Shown here: one piece after another, positions 58,940 to 64,000 of the stretch
How positions within the stretch are numbered: position 1 is the first letter of the stretch
Layout: each line of letters starts with the position of its first letter
NCBI GenBank assembly: GCA_965203355.1
Contig: OZ241889.1
Location: 352,001 to 416,000, forward strand
Direction: 5' to 3'
Length of the DNA stretch: 64,000 bases
Source of the DNA: Candidatus Latescibacterota bacterium
Lineage (GTDB): Bacteria > Latescibacterota > UBA2968 > UBA8231
Position numbers and translations under genes: made by a program
The notes under the pieces: model-generated
Database searches by the model: none
What the model saw: only the letters and a program-made list of their open reading frames with translations
What the model was told of the DNA's origin: nothing

Positions 58940-60034
58940 ATGCTCGGCCTCCGCGCACAACGCCAGCTAGGCCCCTTCACCCTCGACGTCGATATCGAGT
59001 GTACCCACGCTGTCACCGCTATCTACGGGCCGTCGGGCGCGGGCAAGACTTCGCTGCTCAACGTGGTCGCCGGGCTAGTGCGGCCGGAAGTCGGCGAGGT
59101 ATCCTTGGACGGCCAAACCCTCTTTTCCTCGGCTCAGCGCATCGACGTGCCGCCCGAGCACCGCCGCATTGGTTGCGTATTTCAAGACGACTTGCTCTTT
59201 CCGCATCTGAGCACGGAGGAAAACCTGTGCTACGGTCGCGATCTGCTGCCAGCGGCAGCGCGGCGCTTTGCCTTGGATCAGATCGTCGATTTGCTCGAAA
59301 TCGGCCCCCTGCTCAAGCGCCGACCGAGGCACCTGTCCGGCGGCGAGCGCCAGCGCGTCGCCTTGGGCCGCGCCCTGCTTGCTTCCCCGCGCCTCCTGCT
59401 GATGGACGAGCCATTGGCCTCGCTCGATCAGGGCCTCAAAAACCGCATCATCCCCTACTTGTGCCACGTGCGCGACGCCCTCCAGATCCCCATTCTCTAC
59501 GTCAGCCACTCGGTCGCCGAAATCCTCGAACTCACCAGCCAAGTCGTCGTTCTCGACCGCGGCCAAGTCGTAGCGCACGGCGACTTTTTCGCCATCGCCA
59601 CCCAGCCCCAAGTCCTACCGCTGGTCGAAGAGCACGGCTTTGAAAACGTCCTCGACGTGGAAATCGCGGCGAGCGACGCCGAGCGGGGCGTCTGCCAAGT
59701 CCTGTGCCACGGTCAGCCGCTCAAAATTCCCTACTGCGAGCAACCCGTCGGCAGCCGTCTCTTCATTGGCATCCGCGCCGACGACATCGTCCTCGCTCGT
59801 CAGCGGCCCACCGGGCTGAGCGTGCGCAATGCGTTGCAGGGGACCATCAGCGCAATGGCCGATGTGAGGGGGAAACAGCTCATCTACGTGGATGTCGGGC
59901 GGCGGCTGGCCGCCAAGACGACTCCAGAAGCCATTGAGGAAATGCAACTCAGCGTCGGCGACCCCATCTACTGCCTCGTCAAAACCCATTCCATCCGCTT
60001 GGGACCGCAGTTGGCCCGGCTGGAAAAGCGTTGA
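58940..60034 (+). CDS. modC: Molybdate ABC transporter ATP-binding protein
   Basis: GPSGAGKT, LSGGERQR, LLMDEP, C-terminal TOBE/Mop domain. Confidence 0.93.
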   Translation: MLGLRAQRQLGPFTLDVDIECTHAVTAIYGPSGAGKTSLLNVVAGLVRPEVGEVSLDGQTLFSSAQRIDVPPEHRRIGCVFQDDLLFPHLSTEENLCYGRDLLPAAARRFALDQIVDLLEIGPLLKRRPRHLSGGERQRVALGRALLASPRLLLMDEPLASLDQGLKNRIIPYLCHVRDALQIPILYVSHSVAEILELTSQVVVLDRGQVVAHGDFFAIATQPQVLPLVEEHGFENVLDVEIAASDAERGVCQVLCHGQPLKIPYCEQPVGSRLFIGIRADDIVLARQRPTGLSVRNALQGTISAMADVRGKQLIYVDVGRRLAAKTTPEAIEEMQLSVGDPIYCLVKTHSIRLGPQLARLEKR

Positions 60035-60060
60035 CACAGCAAATATCCGCCTTTTATACT
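60031..60060 (+). promoter_or_regulatory. Sigma70-type promoter
   Basis: TTGACA (60031-60036), 18 nt, TATACT (60055-60060) upstream of 60116. Confidence 0.65.
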
Positions 60061-60115
60061 CTTTACAAATGAGTACAAACGGGTATCTAAGCACTTCCAA
60101 CCTAAGAGACTCGCC

Positions 60116-60796
60116 ATGAATGTCATCACGGTTGCCCGTCAGCTCGGCAGCTTTGGCGACTGGATCGCCGAGCAGTTGGCTGCCAAACTGGACTACGAAT
60201 TTATCGACCGCCGCCTCGTCGAGGAGATCGCCAGCATCACCGATACTTCGGTCGAAGAGGTTGAGCGCTACGACGAAAAGGGCGAGGGCCGGCTCAGGTT
60301 CTTTCTCAAGAAATTGCTCGTGCCCGAAGTCGCCCCGGGGACTTTTCCCTTATCGGCGGGCGCGTACGCGCCCGAGTTTGGGCTTGAATTTCCCCACATG
60401 CGCGAACACGATGTCAACGAAGCAACGTATCTCGACCGCGGCACGTACCAACTACTCATCACGACCCTCGTGCAAGATTTCGGCCAAAGCGGCCGGGTCG
60501 TCATCGTCGGCCGGGCCAGCCAAGTCATCCTCGCCGATCACCCCAATGCCTGTCACGTCAAAGTCATCGCCCCGCTCGAAACGCGGATCGAGCGATTGAT
60601 GCAGGCCCGCGATACGGACCGAGCGCAAGCGCGAACGCTCATCGAGCAACACGACCAATGGCGACAGAGCTATCTACACAACTACCACCGAGCCGACTGG
60701 AACGATCCGCTGCTCTACGATCTGACGATCAACACCGGCAAAATAGGCCAGACCGCCGCTGTTGATCTGCTCGCCAATTTCTCAGCCGAATCTTAG
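60116..60796 (+). CDS. Cytidylate kinase-like family protein
   Basis: VITVARQLGS.G, VVIVGRA, DPLLYDLTINT. Confidence 0.88.
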   Translation: MNVITVARQLGSFGDWIAEQLAAKLDYEFIDRRLVEEIASITDTSVEEVERYDEKGEGRLRFFLKKLLVPEVAPGTFPLSAGAYAPEFGLEFPHMREHDVNEATYLDRGTYQLLITTLVQDFGQSGRVVIVGRASQVILADHPNACHVKVIAPLETRIERLMQARDTDRAQARTLIEQHDQWRQSYLHNYHRADWNDPLLYDLTINTGKIGQTAAVDLLANFSAES

Positions 60797-61084
60797 AAGT
60801 CTTTTTAAGATTATTCTTATTGTTTTTTGAACCCCAAAAAAGCCTAGTAGTAATGGAGTCTCGCCCTCGGAAAACGCCCGATCGAGGAACCGCTCGACCG
60901 CCCGTTGAAGGAGTCCGACGAGAATTCTAAAAACGCTTCTGAGAAGCCTTTTTAAAATTATTCTTATTGTTTTTTGAACCCGCCAAAAAGCCGCTCGGAA
61001 AACGCCCGATCCAAGGACCTCTCGACGGCCCGTTGAAGGAGTCCGACGAGAATCTTAAAAACGCTTCTGAGAAGCCTTTTTAAA
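60795..61084. repeat. Intergenic tandem duplication (~147 and ~128 bp units plus a partial third)
   Basis: Units 60810-60956 and 60957-61084 share attattcttattgttttttgaacc...cgttgaaggagtccgacgagaat...aaaaacgcttctgagaagcctttttaaa. Confidence 0.9.
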
Positions 61085-61108
61085 GCACCGACCGCCGCGT
61101 TTGCAGCC

Positions 61109-62602
61109 TCAAAGATCGAACGATCGCGGCACCGCCTGCGCTCGTGCCCCGTGTAAAAACGCGTCGTCCGGCCGCGGCCAACGCATCGCGTACTGCCGGC
61201 TGCGCTGGCGGCGGTAGCCGGCATTGTAGTACGTGCTCGCGGCGAGCCAGCGCAGCAAACGGGCCGTAAGCTCGTTTTGCCGTTCCCGATGCTCGGGTCG
61301 GCCCCAGAGGTTCCACAACTCGTGCGGGTCCTGCTCCAAATCGTATAGCTCGCCCTGATCTTGGCCGATGTAATAGACCATTTTGTGCCGCTGGCCGCGC
61401 ATCATCACCTGATAGTTGTCCTCGCAGAACACCCACTCGCGCGGCACGCAGTCCGCGGCCCCTTCCAAGTATGGCCGCAGCGAACGTCCCTCTAGGTAGC
61501 TAGGCACCTCCACGCCAGCCGCTTCTAGCATCGTCGGCCCCAAATCCATCAGCGAGACCAAGTCGCCGATCTCGCCGCCTTTTTGCGTGCGACGGCTGTC
61601 GCGCACAATCAGCGGCACGTGTACTATCGGATCGTACATCAGCCACTTATACGCCAGCCCGTGATCGCCCAACAGCTCGCCGTGATCGGAGCAAAAGAGA
61701 AGCAAGCTATGGTCCAAGAAGCCACGCGCCTGTAGCGCGTCGAGCACTTCGCCGAGCTTCTCATCCACCGTGGTGATCTTAGCGTAGTAGTGCCGTCGCA
61801 TGTGGGCGATGTCTTCTTCGCTGGGCGAGTACATGTCGATCGCAGACTCGTGCTCGGTCTCAGCGTGCGTCTTTCTCTGCGCCGCGTGCTGGGGCGGCTT
61901 GTCGGCTAACTCGCCCTCGCGCATCGCGCACGGCGGCATTGGACGCCCCGCGTACTGCTCCAGATGCCTCGGCAGCGGGTCCCATGGCTCGTGCGGACCG
62001 GTAAAACCCACCTGCAAGAAAAACGGCTGTTGGCCCTTGTAATCGCGGATCCAGGTAAGGGCCGAGTCGCCGATAAAAACGTCCGAGTGAAAGCGCTCCT
62101 CCAAGTGCCAAGGGACGCCTTGATATTTTTGTAGCCAATCGGGATCGGTCTTGTTGCGGTCGTTGGGCCGCGCCAAGCCGTGAATCCGCAGATAGCGGCC
62201 CCAATCGTCGTCGGCCCCGCCCATGTCGAGGTTCTTGCTGGTGGGATTCTCCACCACGACCCGTTCGTGAAAGCCCCCAGCTACATCGCGCGGAGCAAAG
62301 TGCATCTTGCCAATGTTGACGCAGTGATACCCCGCGTCGTTGAGGTCTTGCACCCAATTGCGGTGATTGGCCCAGTGGTCGAAGCTGTACACGCCGGTAT
62401 TGTGCGGATACATGCCCGTGAAGATCGCCGCCCGCGAGGCAATGCAGGTCGCGCCCGGGCAAAACGCATTGCGGAACGAAAGCCCCTCTGCGGCCAAGCG
62501 GTCCATCGCCGGCGTAATCGCGTAGTCGTAGCCCCAAGCACCGATTGTGTCGAAGCGCTGTTGATCGGTCATAATGAGAATGATGTTGGGTCGTTTTAGC
62601 AT
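61109..62602 (-). CDS. Sulfatase (S1, choline-sulfatase-like)
   Basis: PNIILIMTDQQR, CIASRAAIFTG, GKMH, GPHEP, SDHG, ELYDL..DP.E. Confidence 0.92.
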   Translation of the reverse strand: MLKRPNIILIMTDQQRFDTIGAWGYDYAITPAMDRLAAEGLSFRNAFCPGATCIASRAAIFTGMYPHNTGVYSFDHWANHRNWVQDLNDAGYHCVNIGKMHFAPRDVAGGFHERVVVENPTSKNLDMGGADDDWGRYLRIHGLARPNDRNKTDPDWLQKYQGVPWHLEERFHSDVFIGDSALTWIRDYKGQQPFFLQVGFTGPHEPWDPLPRHLEQYAGRPMPPCAMREGELADKPPQHAAQRKTHAETEHESAIDMYSPSEEDIAHMRRHYYAKITTVDEKLGEVLDALQARGFLDHSLLLFCSDHGELLGDHGLAYKWLMYDPIVHVPLIVRDSRRTQKGGEIGDLVSLMDLGPTMLEAAGVEVPSYLEGRSLRPYLEGAADCVPREWVFCEDNYQVMMRGQRHKMVYYIGQDQGELYDLEQDPHELWNLWGRPEHRERQNELTARLLRWLAASTYYNAGYRRQRSRQYAMRWPRPDDAFLHGARAQAVPRSFDL

Positions 62603-62624
62603 GGTACTTTCTCCTTAGATCGTT

Positions 62625-64000
62625 TTAGCATGACGCTTCTTCCAAGCCGGCTTCCGCAAGGGCCTCCAGTAGCGACGGCACGCCAAAAAACACCAAACTC
62701 AACGCGGTCGGGTGCATGGCCACCGCGCCGCGGTAATCCGGGCGGTCGCTCCAGTCCTGTTGGTCCATCAATTCAGCCAGCACCACGCGCCCCACCTCCA
62801 GATAGCCCTTTTCTCCGGTCAGTCGCCAAGCGTACGCCAGCGAGCCGCAGAGCACACCGTGATAGCTTTGCGCCCGGGCAAACTCGTCGTCGAAGACGCC
62901 TTTGCCGCCGCAAAACCAATCGACGGCCCGCACGAAAACCTCGGCCACATCCGCGCGCCCGGTCATCCGGTGCAGCCGCTCTAGCCCGACCAGCAAATAG
63001 TGCGTCTGATAGCCTTTTTGCTCCTCGTAGGGCAATACCCGTTTTAATGCAGTAAAGCTCCCCTGCAACGCGAGAAATTCTTCGTCGCTAAACCGAGCCG
63101 CCGCGCCCATTTCCACCGCCAGAGTGGTGCCCTCGGTCGCCATGCCGTACGGTCCCTGGTCGGGCAGCTTGGCCTCCGTGGATACTTGGAAGCGCTTGTG
63201 CCAACTGCCGTCCTCGTTTTGGCCGCGCACCACCGCGTCGTACACCTCTTCGGCGCGGCGCATAAAGCGCGCTTCGCCGGTCAGCTCGTACAGGTAAAGC
63301 AATCCCCGCAGCGCGTTGGCAATGGAGCGCAAACTGAAGCTGTAGCGCGGGTTTTCGCTCCAGCGGTAGCGCAGGAAAAATTCGCCGGCCTCGCGCAAGA
63401 CCTCCCGCGCCCGCTCGTCGCCGCTCAAGTAGTAGTAATCCACCCAGTTGTCGATAAAGGTGTGCGAAGCGCACGGCTCGTCGCCAAAGTGGTCCATGCT
63501 GTGGCGGAAACAGCCGCCGACCATGTACGGCCGAAACGGGTGATAGTGGCAAGTATCTACGTCCAGCGAATGCCGCGTCATGGCCTCGCCGAGCGCGTAG
63601 TAACGCCCCGCGCCCGTGCGCAAGTACTGCAACCACACCGCGTGGCGCGGATCCCATTCGCTGTTGCACCAACCCCAGCGGCCCTTGAAACGCCAGCCTC
63701 CCTCGCGCTCTTCCCACGTGGCCATCACGTCGCCCCAATCGAAAAAACCCTTCCAGCGATAGCGCTCGATGTGCCCTTCCATCCAGGCGACAAAGCCCGT
63801 CAACATGCGGTCCGAGCGCGGGAACTCCGCGCCCGTTGCCAAGCCGCCGACCGCCCCACTCTGCACCACCCAACCCGGCGCGACACTCACTTGGGGCGGG
63901 TGCAAAAGCCCCGGCAATCGCTCGGCAGCCGAGTGGCCTGCGCGAAAAAAATCGACGAAAAACTCGCTGCTCTTCGCCGTGCCCGTACCGTCGGCATAGA
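62625..64000 (-). CDS. Partial hypothetical protein, alpha/alpha-toroid (PcRGLX/YetA-like lyase possible); start probably lies beyond the window
   Basis: GFFDWGD, WCNSEWD, QYLRTG, H..DVD, DYYYLSGD, LYELTG repeats. Confidence 0.65.
   Translation of the reverse strand, partial: YADGTGTAKSSEFFVDFFRAGHSAAERLPGLLHPPQVSVAPGWVVQSGAVGGLATGAEFPRSDRMLTGFVAWMEGHIERYRWKGFFDWGDVMATWEEREGGWRFKGRWGWCNSEWDPRHAVWLQYLRTGAGRYYALGEAMTRHSLDVDTCHYHPFRPYMVGGCFRHSMDHFGDEPCASHTFIDNWVDYYYLSGDERAREVLREAGEFFLRYRWSENPRYSFSLRSIANALRGLLYLYELTGEARFMRRAEEVYDAVVRGQNEDGSWHKRFQVSTEAKLPDQGPYGMATEGTTLAVEMGAAARFSDEEFLALQGSFTALKRVLPYEEQKGYQTHYLLVGLERLHRMTGRADVAEVFVRAVDWFCGGKGVFDDEFARAQSYHGVLCGSLAYAWRLTGEKGYLEVGRVVLAELMDQQDWSDRPDYRGAVAMHPTALSLVFFGVPSLLEALAEAGLEEASC

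Noticed and set aside
60795-61084. Tandem repeat as a CRISPR array
   Set aside because: Units exceed 120 bp, there are only two full copies, and there are no unique spacers.

Overview
64 kb of a GC-rich, diderm bacterial chromosome. The gene content (SusC/SusD, an FlgD-Ig-like C-terminal domain, plant-type LRR lipoproteins, many AKR/amidohydrolase/enolase/sulfatase genes) suggests an FCB-superphylum lineage such as Ca. Latescibacterota or relatives, possibly host-associated; this is inference only. Layout: (1) 0-3 kb catabolic genes plus a candidate structured ncRNA. (2) 3-10.5 kb lower-GC accessory island with a membrane-protein pair, two toxin-antitoxin-type pairs and a tightly coupled three-gene TerB module. 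(3) An NCS2 permease with an RsbW-like tail and a class III aminotransferase. (4) 16-38.7 kb block bracketed by two paralogous TonB receptors. It holds a fasciclin gene with a CarH-type operator, a susC-susD pair followed by two modular LRR lipoproteins that vary at surface positions, and a B12-dependent CarH/LitR-like regulator heading a desaturase-ufaD-ufaO-ufaM-like (furan fatty acid) operon. (5) Mostly housekeeping and catabolic genes: ftnA, nagB fusion, half-length glnE, uxuA, Rpn nuclease, DUF455-ATP-grasp fusion, mtnP, nuclease-helicase, modABC, sulfatase. No rRNA, tRNA, CRISPR array, integrase or reverse transcriptase was recognised. All calls come from motif recognition by eye; no searches were run.
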